Shown: piece by piece, positions 8,866 to 17,308 of the stretch | How positions within the stretch are numbered: the stretch's first letter is position 1 | Layout of the letters: each line of letters begins with the position of its first letter | Assembly (NCBI GenBank): GCA_026127935.1 | Contig: JAJSLL010000005.1 | Coordinates: 29,809-93,808, forward strand | Direction of reading: 5' to 3' | Source of the DNA: Thermoplasmatales archaeon | Lineage (GTDB): Archaea; Thermoplasmatota; Thermoplasmata; Thermoplasmatales; GCA-001856825 | Length of the DNA: 64,000 nucleotides | Translations under genes and position numbers: made by a program | Notes under the pieces: model-generated | Database searches by the model: none | Told to the model about the DNA's origin: nothing | The model's input: only the letters and a program-made list of their open reading frames with translations

Positions 8866-9750
8866 GTGACTGTGAAAAATAAAGGATTAGTCAGTCAGAT
8901 TTGGTGGATAGTTCTGACGGGACTTGTGTTAATTGCCCTAGTCTTCTTCTTTACGAAGATCAAATCCATCATACCCATAGGTTACTTACAGTATGACAAC
9001 GTAATCCAGGCTACCCTCTTCGGAATAATTCTGTACATGGTGCTTAGACTGATTCTAAAGGCACTGGAAAGAACTCTAGAAAGAAGAATTCAGAAGAAGT
9101 ACGCAAAACCCCTAATCTTTCTCCTGTCGATTGCTGGTTATTTCATTATATTTTTGGTCATTCTTGACCTGCTTGGTGTGAACCTGAGTTCTATTATACT
9201 AGGCGGCGCATTTGTTGGTGCAATAATAGGGCTTGCCGCACAACAGATTCTCTCGAATTTCTTCAGTGGGATCCTCCTAATATGGTCGAGACCGTTCGTC
9301 CCAGGCGATTATATCGAATTCAATTCGTGGCAATTTTCTTACATGCTGCCATCCTATCCTCCAAAGTACCTGTCAAGGGACGAGTTCAGATGGAAAATAA
9401 AAGGAAGGGTGGAGGACATATCCATGAACTTCACGACGATCGTTGAGGACGATGGAACCGTTTTAAAGATGCCAAATAGCATAGTAATCCAAGGCGCGAC
9501 TGCAGTAAATCCGGTTAGAAACAGAATCCAGATCCGGACGGAAATTCTGAAGAATGTGGACTATGCAAAATTTAAGAGGGATGTGGAATCCATAGTTTCG
9601 ATTTCTAAAGAAATAATAAGTTACCAAAGCTACGTCGAGGAAATCGGCAGGGAGACTTACCTGGTTGTAATAACTCTTACCATAGGGAGTGAAGCCTCTG
9701 AAGGAATTAGGGGAAAATTCTTAGAAAACCTGCTAGCAGCGGGAAAGTGA
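8866..9750 (+). CDS. Small-conductance mechanosensitive channel (MscS family)
   Basis: 294 aa, GTG start, three N-terminal TM helices. The block GGAFVGAIIGLAAQQILSNFFSGILLIWSRPFVPGDYIEF is the MscS pore helix/beta-domain signature. Confidence 0.8.
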   Translation: MTVKNKGLVSQIWWIVLTGLVLIALVFFFTKIKSIIPIGYLQYDNVIQATLFGIILYMVLRLILKALERTLERRIQKKYAKPLIFLLSIAGYFIIFLVILDLLGVNLSSIILGGAFVGAIIGLAAQQILSNFFSGILLIWSRPFVPGDYIEFNSWQFSYMLPSYPPKYLSRDEFRWKIKGRVEDISMNFTTIVEDDGTVLKMPNSIVIQGATAVNPVRNRIQIRTEILKNVDYAKFKRDVESIVSISKEIISYQSYVEEIGRETYLVVITLTIGSEASEGIRGKFLENLLAAGK

Positions 9751-9859
9751 ATTTCCCATTTTGGAGTCACAATTGAAGAAATAAATGACAAGATTACACT
9801 TCCAAGGCCAACTATGGGGTCGTTTCCGTCCTGTAGCATTCTTTTTGTTTGAAGAAACC

Positions 9860-9868
9860 TTTTTTTTT
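9860..9868 (+). terminator. Oligo-T tract (T9) downstream of the MscS gene
   Basis: A run of nine T about 110 nt after the MscS stop, in the gap between convergent genes. Archaeal terminators are typically oligo-T. Confidence 0.35.
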
Positions 9869-9878
9869 CAGAGCCCAT

Positions 9879-10139
9879 TCACCCGGTCTTCTGTTCACTT
9901 TTTGCTTTATCGGACTCAGTTTCCTTTATGGGCATGTCAACTGTTCTACCATCAAGAACGTAGAATTCCATTCTCTCAACCAGACCATCAGAAAATTTTT
10001 CTGGTTCGGTAGCTCTGTACCCAAATAATTTCATCGCAAGTATACGGTTGGTAGTAAAGAGTTCATAATATTTGAACCGAAGGGATGCAACCTGTCTGTT
10101 TAAGGACCACAGCTTCACCATTGTATCGTGCTCGGTCAT
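9879..10139 (-). CDS. Hypothetical protein (86 aa)
   Basis: ORF, with its start overlapping the stop of an upstream 41-codon ORF in ATGA. No family recognised. Confidence 0.45.
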   Translation of the reverse strand: MTEHDTMVKLWSLNRQVASLRFKYYELFTTNRILAMKLFGYRATEPEKFSDGLVERMEFYVLDGRTVDMPIKETESDKAKSEQKTG

Positions 10140-10261
10140 CTTTCTACTTCCTTCAACTTTTCAATAAACAGTTCGTAGTCCTCTCCGGCAACCTTTATTC
10201 TTTCCTTAAGCAAGGCCAATTGTTTTTCGTTCTCCCGCAGCTCTTTCTGAAGGTCATCCAT
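10136..10261 (-). CDS. Hypothetical coiled-coil micro-protein (41 aa), not in ORF track
   Basis: Minus-strand ATG at 10261-10259 gives MDDLQKELRENEKQLALLKERIKVAGEDYELFIEKLKEVER. The stop TGA 10138-10136 overlaps the ATG of the 86-aa ORF. Confidence 0.4.
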   Translation of the reverse strand: MDDLQKELRENEKQLALLKERIKVAGEDYELFIEKLKEVER

Positions 10262-10679
10262 GAAATCCACTCCTTTAGAAGGAATCATCACTCCTGAGAG
10301 GGTTTGGCTTTAGTAGCGCGGGAGGATTCCATTTCCTAAGTCTCAATTCCTATTACCTATTTATTCTCTTCTTCGACCAGGCTCGTTCACAGGTCCCAAT
10401 TATATAAGATTTCAATCTAGTAGAAGCGATCCCTACGTCTACTGGAAGGATTAACAGGGTTATTGCGGACATTTTGTAGCAATTCATAAAACCATTTCTG
10501 AGAACGAAAAATATGAAATGGAAAATAGTATTGCAAGGTAATAACAGAAGTAGTAGAAAGTATGAACAGAGGTATATCCAGACTAACGGTCAAATACCGT
10601 TTCAGAACTCTGGGGTTGTTGATCGTACTGCTTGCTTTTTCAGCATTCTTACAAATATCTAAGCAAGAAAGCCACTGAG

Positions 10680-10888
10680 CTTGCGATGTCGATGAATTAC
10701 GAAATATATATTAAGCGATATGGGGTTGTTAAAGGTAGGGAAGGGCATTCCCGAATTAACGCCTGTAGAAATCGATACCTCCGTAACCGACCTGCCCATA
10801 GTCATGGGGCAACTCATGGGGTGGAATCGGGATCGAGTATGGTCTGTGAAGCAGGAACCTCCAGTCGCTTGCGATGGAGAGGATGCCA
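10680..10888 (+). pseudogene. Orphan tnpB 3' remnant plus IS200/IS605 right end (omega-RNA-type scaffold without a nuclease gene)
   Basis: Frameshifted relics of the TnpB C-terminus: ...MSMNYEIYIKRYG (compare DLNAAINMKRKG), then in another frame VGKGIPELTPVEI (compare VGRGTPEITPVEI). I counted 33/42 nt identical between gtagggaagggcattcccgaattaacgcctgtagaaatcgat and the intact copy. There is a terminal hairpin ctcca-N11-tggag (10859-10879), and the end ggagaggatgcca parallels ggggaggatgtca of the intact RE. Confidence 0.7.
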
Positions 10889-11209
10889 GTTGTAGAATAT
10901 CTTGTGACGGGAGAGAATACGCCCTTTTTCCTCGCACTTTCAATTGTGTTCTTTCTCCTCGCCCTAATATTGTTTGTGGGCTTCAGTCAGACCATTGTGA
11001 CTAGGATAGAGAAGAAGTATTTTCATTCAGAAAATCTCATTGGTCACTCCGGAAAAATCCTGAAGGGAGCGAAGGCTGGTGAAAGGGGAACCGTAAACGT
11101 TCTGAACGAAGATTGGAGCTTTGTATGCGATTCCGATACGAATGTTGATGATACGGTGACAGTTCGAAACATCACGGACGACAAGGTAACTCTTCAGGTT
11201 GAGAGATAG
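10874..11209 (+). CDS. NfeD-family membrane protein (short form, C-terminal OB fold)
   Basis: One TM segment (FFLALSIVFFLLALILFVGF), then LIGHSGKILKGAKAGERGTVNVLNEDWSFVCDSD...VTVRNITDDKVTLQVER, which is typical of the NfeD C-terminal domain. The start is ambiguous (ATG 10874 or 10883); both lie inside the IS right-end remnant. Confidence 0.65.
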   Translation: MERMPVVEYLVTGENTPFFLALSIVFFLLALILFVGFSQTIVTRIEKKYFHSENLIGHSGKILKGAKAGERGTVNVLNEDWSFVCDSDTNVDDTVTVRNITDDKVTLQVER

Positions 11210-11460
11210 TTAGGGCAGAATGTATCCAGTCGCATCCCGCAGGACGGTTTTTTGCGGATATTTCTGAGACCATCCGACCCTCCTTAACCAGCGTATTGGC
11301 ATTTCTCTTCACGACGATGTATGAGAAGATCCAAGATAACAATAAGATTAGCATCTGTCATAGGGGAATCGGGATAGGTAAATTCCTGGAAAGTGAAATT
11401 TGCAAGGAGCAATCCAAAATTTTATATCTAAATTGAAGTAAGACAAAAGAGGTCAAAAGT

Positions 11461-11619
11461 ATGGAAGAAGAGAAAAAGAAAGGCGTGGTCGAAAAGTCAG
11501 GAGAAGAGTTAGGGAAGGTAGCTAACAAAGGCGTAGGCGTAGTGAAGGGGTTCGGCAAAGGTCTAGTAAAAGGATTTAAGAATAAGGACGAGAAATCAGA
11601 AGAAGAGAAAAAAGAATAG
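11461..11619 (+). CDS. Hypothetical K/G/E-rich micro-protein (52 aa), not in ORF track
   Basis: MEEEKKKGVVEKSGEELGKVANKGVGVVKGFGKGLVKGFKNKDEKSEEEKKE. It is preceded by an agaggt SD-like element about 7 nt upstream and an A/T box (aaattttatat) about 40 nt upstream. The tracked antisense ORF 11358-11558 is a low-complexity shadow. Confidence 0.4.
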   Translation: MEEEKKKGVVEKSGEELGKVANKGVGVVKGFGKGLVKGFKNKDEKSEEEKKE

Positions 11620-11868
11620 ATCCCTTATCTGATACTCTCGCTCGAGTATGGAAGGGTAAATTCAACAATCCATCCTCTCAGCATGCCCGTGCAGGCATAG
11701 TTGTACATATAAACGCGGTAAGGAATCTGTTTAGTCCATTCTATTATGGTCATAAAGATGGAAAATAGGAATATCAGTTTTTATCCTAGAAGCCATTAAA
11801 ATTTCCCAAATTTTGTTTGACAAAATGTAATAGATAAAGTTATAACAATATTAACTCTAAAGGATTTG

Positions 11869-13731
11869 ATGAAAAATTCTGTTCTGGAAAATACAGAAGT
11901 ATTCTCCATCTCGGAGTTAAACAAAATCGAACTAATTGAAAACAAAGAACTTCTGGAATTCATCACCCATTACGTAGATCTAATGAAGCCGTCATCGGTG
12001 TACTTTGTAACTGATTCAAAAGAAGACTATGAACTCATAAAAAAGAGGTCACTGGATAATGGAGAGGAGAGACAGTTGAAATCAGCCAACCACACCTATC
12101 ACTTTGACAATTATTATGACCAGGCAAGAGATAAGGAGAATACAAAAGTTCTAACGGTAGGGGGGGAAAAGCTACCTTTCGTAAACACCATGGAGAGAGA
12201 CTCCGGAATCTCCGAAATAGAGAACCTCATGAAAGGTATAATGAAAGGAAGAACAATGCTTGTTGGTTTCTTTTCTTTAGGGCCCAAGGATTCCACTCTA
12301 TCAAGGAAAGCGGTTCAGATTACCGACTCATATTATGTGATGCACAGCGATATGATGCTTTACAGGACGGATTACGAATATTTTGCTAAAAATCCCGGTA
12401 CAGATTTCCTAAAATTTGTGCACAGCCAGGGAGAAGTTGACTCAAGAAAGACTACGAAGAACATCAAGAGCAGAAGGGTCTTTTTCGATCTTGAAGGCGA
12501 AAGGAGTCTTTCGATAAATACTCAGTACGCAGGGAATACGGTTGGACTCAAGAAGCTTGCATTTAGAATAACTATAAGCAAGGCCCTTAGAGAAGGCTGG
12601 TTGGCGGAGCACATGTTCCTAATGGGAGTCAACGGCAAAGAGAGTAGAGTGACTTATTTCACTGGTGCTTTCCCATCGGCTTGTGGCAAAACTTCCACTT
12701 GTATGGTCCCGTCTGAGAGGATAGTGGGAGACGACCTCGTTTTCATAAGGATCAAGGAAGGAATTGCCAGAGGGATAAATGTTGAGAGTGGTGTTTTCGG
12801 AATCATTGATGGAGTGAACAGAGAGGATGATAGAACCATTTGGGAAGTTCTTCACAGTAATGATGAGGTGATATTCTCAAATGTTCTGGTAAATGACGGA
12901 GTACCATATTGGAATGGAATGGGTGTCGCAATACCAGATAATGGAGAAAATCATAGCGGATCGTGGAAAAAGGGGAACAAAGACTCGGAAAGCAAAGAAA
13001 TACCAGCATCGCACAAGAATGCGAGATTTACTGTCAAGCTTAGCTCTTTTAAAGGATTGGACAAGGGAGCCCTTGAAAGCAAAGAAGGTGTGCCTGTTGA
13101 AGGTATGATTTTCGGTGGAAGAGATAGCGATACGTGGCCACCGGTTTGCGAAGCTTTATCGTGGGATCACGGAGTGGTGAACAAGGGAGCCAGCATCGAG
13201 TCAGAATCAACTGCTGCTTCAATCGGGAAGGTTGGTGTCAGAACTTTCAACGCAATGTCAATTATGGAATTTCTATCAGTCGATCTTGGAAAGTACTTGC
13301 AGAATTATATCGAGTTTGGTTCCAAGCTAGTTAAGAAACCATTGATCTTTGCAGTGAATTATTTCCTCAAGGAAAAAGATACTTTTCTCAACGACAAGGT
13401 GGACAAGGCGGTTTGGCTGAAGTGGATGGAGAAGAGGATCCACGGAGAAGTTGAGGCGTTATCTACTCCCATTGGATTCATACCAAAGTACGAAGATTTG
13501 AAACCACTATTCCAAGGTATTTTGAACAAAAATTACAGTAAAGAGCAGTACGAAAATCAGTTCAGAATACGGGTGGCGAAATTGATAGAAAAGGACATGA
13601 GGATCAGGGAGGTCTATTCCGGTATAAAGACCACCCCGCCGCAGGTGTTCAAAGAGCTCGATGATGAAATGACACGTCTGAATAAGGCCAAGCTACAATA
13701 TGGTGAAGAACTATCGCCATTCAAGCTATAA
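11869..13731 (+). CDS. pckG: Phosphoenolpyruvate carboxykinase (GTP)
   Basis: About 620 aa. The kinase-1a motif FPSACGKTS and the overall length fit GTP-dependent PEPCK. The ATG at 11869 follows an in-frame TTG at 11866. Confidence 0.85.
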   Translation: MKNSVLENTEVFSISELNKIELIENKELLEFITHYVDLMKPSSVYFVTDSKEDYELIKKRSLDNGEERQLKSANHTYHFDNYYDQARDKENTKVLTVGGEKLPFVNTMERDSGISEIENLMKGIMKGRTMLVGFFSLGPKDSTLSRKAVQITDSYYVMHSDMMLYRTDYEYFAKNPGTDFLKFVHSQGEVDSRKTTKNIKSRRVFFDLEGERSLSINTQYAGNTVGLKKLAFRITISKALREGWLAEHMFLMGVNGKESRVTYFTGAFPSACGKTSTCMVPSERIVGDDLVFIRIKEGIARGINVESGVFGIIDGVNREDDRTIWEVLHSNDEVIFSNVLVNDGVPYWNGMGVAIPDNGENHSGSWKKGNKDSESKEIPASHKNARFTVKLSSFKGLDKGALESKEGVPVEGMIFGGRDSDTWPPVCEALSWDHGVVNKGASIESESTAASIGKVGVRTFNAMSIMEFLSVDLGKYLQNYIEFGSKLVKKPLIFAVNYFLKEKDTFLNDKVDKAVWLKWMEKRIHGEVEALSTPIGFIPKYEDLKPLFQGILNKNYSKEQYENQFRIRVAKLIEKDMRIREVYSGIKTTPPQVFKELDDEMTRLNKAKLQYGEELSPFKL

Positions 13732-13875
13732 ACAACTGAAAACGAAGACCTCCTCTCAAAGAGATTTGAAGTTATTCTATATTTTATTCAATAGTGAAGA
13801 GAAGACTAACACACTCATTTGCAGCCGAAACTATTTTCAAAATCGAACTACTATGGCAAAAGAGGTGCTAGGTCA

Positions 13876-15144
13876 ATGGAACGAAACAGATTCATTTTCA
13901 AAGAAGTTTCGGGAAACCCTACAGAGATAGGAAAGGAAGTAGGTAAGAATTTCAGCAAGGAAATCAAAAGAACATTGGAAAGCTTTAACTTCATTTTCAC
14001 GCACGATTTTTCAAAGAGCTGGCAATGGCTGAAAGAGTTCTCAAAGGATAACTTCCTCCACGTGATTGATGAGCGAATAAGGCAGGAAATGGAGGGAATT
14101 GTAGATGGATACAACTCAGTGTCGAATACTGAGATAAATTTTGAAGATATATTGGCGTTAAATGTGTCGTTCGACGCAGATAGTTTCTTGGCAATGTATA
14201 ATGCAAGAAACAACGGATCCTGTACTTCGTTTGTGGCCACTGGAGACAATACCGTTAACAGAGACGTCATACTTGCTCACACCACTTGGTGGAGGTATTT
14301 TACCGGTGTCAATTTTAATCTGATGCTGAAAGTTGTCCCAGAGGAGGGATACTCTTTCGTAATGCAGACAGCACCCGGTCTGGTATTTAGTGGAACTGAC
14401 TTCTATTACAACAAGAAGGGGATAATGGCCAGTGAGACGACATTGGACGGCATAAACACTTACAGTCTGAAAGGTACTCCAATCTTCCAAAGATTGAGAT
14501 TGGCTATCCAATATGCAGATTCAATTGATTCTTTTTCGAAACACATTATTGATGGTAACACCGGAGGATACGCCAACGACTATATCCTGGGAGACGGCAA
14601 GAGCAAAGAGATAGGGTTATTGGAAATTGCCACTTTTAATTACGTTCTCATAAAGAAGAATAATGGTTTCATTCCTTCTAGTAACTTTGTGCAATTTCCC
14701 GAGGTCAGGAAGGAATCCAATATAGTATATGATCAAACGATAAACTCAGACAACAGCAGGTTGTACAGACTGAACGATCTCATGAAAGACAAAGGCCTTA
14801 GTGTTGACAGTTACAAGGAAATACTTGCTGACCACTTCGATTACGACTCCAAGAAGAATAGGCCGGGCAAGAACTCAATCTGCGGACATAGGGAGATAGA
14901 GCCCAATCTAGATGTGTTTGATAAGAAAGGTCCTTTTTTTCCGTTTGGAGCAATCGACGGGAAGATAGTCTCCGGAGATGGTGCCTTGAAAGGAGAATCT
15001 TATGTCAAGTGGGGTAAGCCCTGTTCAGATGAATTTGACAGCAATAAATTTCTAGCAAATCATCCCGAGTACATATGGACCAAGGACTTCCTCGAAGATG
15101 TTCAATCAGGAGAATGGCAGTTCCTGGAGCACGGCTGGCAATAA
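13876..15144 (+). CDS. Ntn-hydrolase, phospholipase B-like / peptidase C45 clan
   Basis: Putative autoprocessing nucleophile in NNGS-CTSFVATGDNT. AHTTWWRYF...MQTAPGLVFSGTDFYYNKKGIMASETTL resembles PLB-like family blocks (H-N-T-W ... S-Y-P-G ... D-D-F-Y ... E-T-T). The start is trimmed to ATG 13876 (MERNRFIFKEVSGNPTEIG). Confidence 0.5.
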   Translation: MERNRFIFKEVSGNPTEIGKEVGKNFSKEIKRTLESFNFIFTHDFSKSWQWLKEFSKDNFLHVIDERIRQEMEGIVDGYNSVSNTEINFEDILALNVSFDADSFLAMYNARNNGSCTSFVATGDNTVNRDVILAHTTWWRYFTGVNFNLMLKVVPEEGYSFVMQTAPGLVFSGTDFYYNKKGIMASETTLDGINTYSLKGTPIFQRLRLAIQYADSIDSFSKHIIDGNTGGYANDYILGDGKSKEIGLLEIATFNYVLIKKNNGFIPSSNFVQFPEVRKESNIVYDQTINSDNSRLYRLNDLMKDKGLSVDSYKEILADHFDYDSKKNRPGKNSICGHREIEPNLDVFDKKGPFFPFGAIDGKIVSGDGALKGESYVKWGKPCSDEFDSNKFLANHPEYIWTKDFLEDVQSGEWQFLEHGWQ

Positions 15145-15171
15145 CAGAAGAGAGTTTTAAATATTTCAAGT

Positions 15172-15912
15172 TCAAACTTTTACCACAGTACCTTGGATTC
15201 TTCCTCTTTCGATCTCCTCGATATTTACTCCCTTGGGGAAGAATTTTGACTCCTTTATGCTGCTTGATATGACTCCACTCCAATTGCTTTCACTCAAAAG
15301 AAACAGTTTTTCGTATTCCGTATAGTCCTTTCCTGGAGCTACATCTGAATGGTATATCACGTGCGTGGCATTTGTTTCCCTTTCTGTGGCAACGACATAG
15401 ATGTTGGCCCCTCCTTTTATGTATCCGTTCTCTTTTGATATATCAAGGGCCGCTCTGACCCTATCTTCTATAGATCCATTCTGGGTCATCACTAGCTTCA
15501 AGAATGTTTCAGTATCGTTCATATTCTTAACTGACTCCAGACCCAGAGTCTTGTTCATCCCAAACTTGTCAAACCATCCATTATGGGATATGTAAACATC
15601 GTATCTTTCGTCCTGCAAATGAAATGGATGCGCATTTAATACACCCATCCCTTCGCTTGGAGCAGCCAATCGAACGTGAATGATCGCAACTCCGTTCTCG
15701 ACTTTTGGGGTTGGCACCCGAAGGGTTAAAGGAGTTCCATAACGTTTCAGTTCTAAACCTTCTTTATACAAGTTCAGAAGACCCCATCCATCTCTGTGAG
15801 AAACTGGTTTTTTCTTGGCAAGGGGATCGTCTTCAGCGACATCAGCCAGAGATCTGAAAATAGATTCAAACTCAGGGGTGAATTCTCCCCAAAGTAACAC
15901 CATCCTACACAT
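15172..15912 (-). CDS. Class II glutamine amidotransferase-like Ntn amidohydrolase (YafJ-like)
   Basis: The start is trimmed to the internal ATG at 15912, so the protein begins MCRMVLLWGEF. Cys2 after Met is the class II GATase nucleophile arrangement. HRDGWG and NAHPF blocks are present. Confidence 0.6.
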   Translation of the reverse strand: MCRMVLLWGEFTPEFESIFRSLADVAEDDPLAKKKPVSHRDGWGLLNLYKEGLELKRYGTPLTLRVPTPKVENGVAIIHVRLAAPSEGMGVLNAHPFHLQDERYDVYISHNGWFDKFGMNKTLGLESVKNMNDTETFLKLVMTQNGSIEDRVRAALDISKENGYIKGGANIYVVATERETNATHVIYHSDVAPGKDYTEYEKLFLLSESNWSGVISSSIKESKFFPKGVNIEEIERGRIQGTVVKV

Positions 15913-16020
15913 AGAGTGGCATAGCAAGTTATGTAAATACCTTTCTTGCGTCACGGCTACCCAACTCGACAAAAAAGTCTACAAGGAATACCTAAAATAA
16001 TAATAGTTAATCATTACCTT

Positions 16021-17283
16021 GTGAATTATCTAAATTTTTTCGAAGTAAATAACAATTCCTTGTACTTGGACAATAGGAGTTTGCCCGATCTAGCAAAGAA
16101 ATATGGTACACCTATCATAGTCTATTCAAAAAGGAAAATAGTAGAAAATGTACAAAAGATATTGACTGCGTTTGGAGTCGACATCATTTCGATCCACTTT
16201 TCCGTAAAGTCGAATTACAATCCTGCAATTTTGAGGATTCTCAAGGAATTAGGAGTAGGTATAGATGCAGCTAATCTTAATGAGGTTGAACTTGCCATAA
16301 AGGTTGGCATCTCCCCAGAAAAAATAATAGCAACTCCAAATAATCTTTCTAAGAAAGAACTCGAGGCAATTTCGGAGAAAGGAGTGAAGATAAACTTTGA
16401 TGACATCAATCAAATGAAACTTATCAAAGATCACCTACCAAAAGTCGTATCGTACAGAATAAATCCAGGAATAGGAAAAGGAGAATTTGAAGGAATAGTA
16501 ACGGGGGGGAAAGGAAGCAAATTCGGAATGCCTGCAGATGCAGCCGTCAAAGCCTACAGAGCTGCAAAGGATAATGGATGCAAGGAATTTGGAATTCACA
16601 TGATGACTGGGTCGAATGTTCTTGATCCATCATTTTTCAAGGAGTCTTCAAAGTTGTTCTTTTCAATAGCAGAAAGGATTTCAAAGGATGTAGGAATAGA
16701 ATTTGAATTTCTGGATCTCGGTGGGAGCTTGGGAGTTCCATACCGTCAGAACGAAGAAGAACTCGATATAAAGGCTGTTGCAAAGAATATCCTTACCAAT
16801 TTCAAGGAAAGTCAATCCAGGGGATTCTTTAAACAAAGCAGGCTGATAGTAGAACCAGGTCGTTTCATAATTGCAAATGCAGCTGTTCTCCTTTCAACAG
16901 TAACGAATATCAAAGAATATGACGAGATCATAGTGGGCACCGATGCAAGTATGAACTCCCTCATTCGGATACCTTTGTACGGAGCCGTACATCCGTTAAT
17001 CGTCGCCAACAGGGCTACGGAAGAGTTGGTGATAACGGGAAAAGTAACTGGACAAGTTTGTGAGAATACTGACGTGATGTTCAAGTCAATCCAACTCCCA
17101 AGAGTAAATGTTGGAGACACTATTGCGATTTTGAACGCCGGGGCATATGTGACGTCTATGTCATCAAACTATAATTTGTTGAAACGACCAACTGAATTGT
17201 TGCTTGATGGTCAGAAGGAGGCAATAATAAAGAGAGAAGAAACGTTAGATGATATGCTTGTCACTTTCGTAATTCCACCTTGA
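16021..17283 (+). CDS. lysA: Diaminopimelate decarboxylase-like PLP enzyme (Orn/DAP/Arg decarboxylase family 2)
   Basis: YGTPIIVY, PLP-lysine block HFSVKSNYN, LGGSLGVPY, EPGRFIIANA, CENTD and GAYVTSMSSNYN. The start is set at GTG 16021, about 25 nt downstream of an aaaataataata box. Substrate is not provable from sequence. Confidence 0.6.
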   Translation: MNYLNFFEVNNNSLYLDNRSLPDLAKKYGTPIIVYSKRKIVENVQKILTAFGVDIISIHFSVKSNYNPAILRILKELGVGIDAANLNEVELAIKVGISPEKIIATPNNLSKKELEAISEKGVKINFDDINQMKLIKDHLPKVVSYRINPGIGKGEFEGIVTGGKGSKFGMPADAAVKAYRAAKDNGCKEFGIHMMTGSNVLDPSFFKESSKLFFSIAERISKDVGIEFEFLDLGGSLGVPYRQNEEELDIKAVAKNILTNFKESQSRGFFKQSRLIVEPGRFIIANAAVLLSTVTNIKEYDEIIVGTDASMNSLIRIPLYGAVHPLIVANRATEELVITGKVTGQVCENTDVMFKSIQLPRVNVGDTIAILNAGAYVTSMSSNYNLLKRPTELLLDGQKEAIIKREETLDDMLVTFVIPP

Positions 17284-17308
17284 GCGTCTCATCCATCCAT
17301 TCACATCT

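Noticed and set aside
10632-11004. Three overlapping tracked ORFs (10632-10895 +, 10659-10943 -, 10720-11004 +)
   Set aside because: They are better explained as open frames running through the frameshifted tnpB 3' remnant and IS right end. The only protein-like pieces are TnpB-tail relics split over two frames.
11172-11354. A 60-aa minus-strand ORF downstream of nfeD that might be an SPFH/stomatin N-terminal relic
   Set aside because: The resemblance (IVVKRNANTLVKEGRMV vs the SPFH start I-V-x-x-x-E-x-x-V-V-E-R-x-G) is too weak. The ORF also overlaps the nfeD 3' end in a convergent orientation.
15946-16020. The long N-terminal extension of the lysA-like ORF, with similar 5' extensions of ORFs 15172-15972, 18463-19563, 40631-41134, 58462-60198 and 62020-63198
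   Set aside because: The extensions precede the conserved family N-termini (e.g. MCR... for the amidotransferase, MDFELS... for the ACAD). They would create overlaps between divergent genes, so internal starts were preferred. These remain unverified choices.
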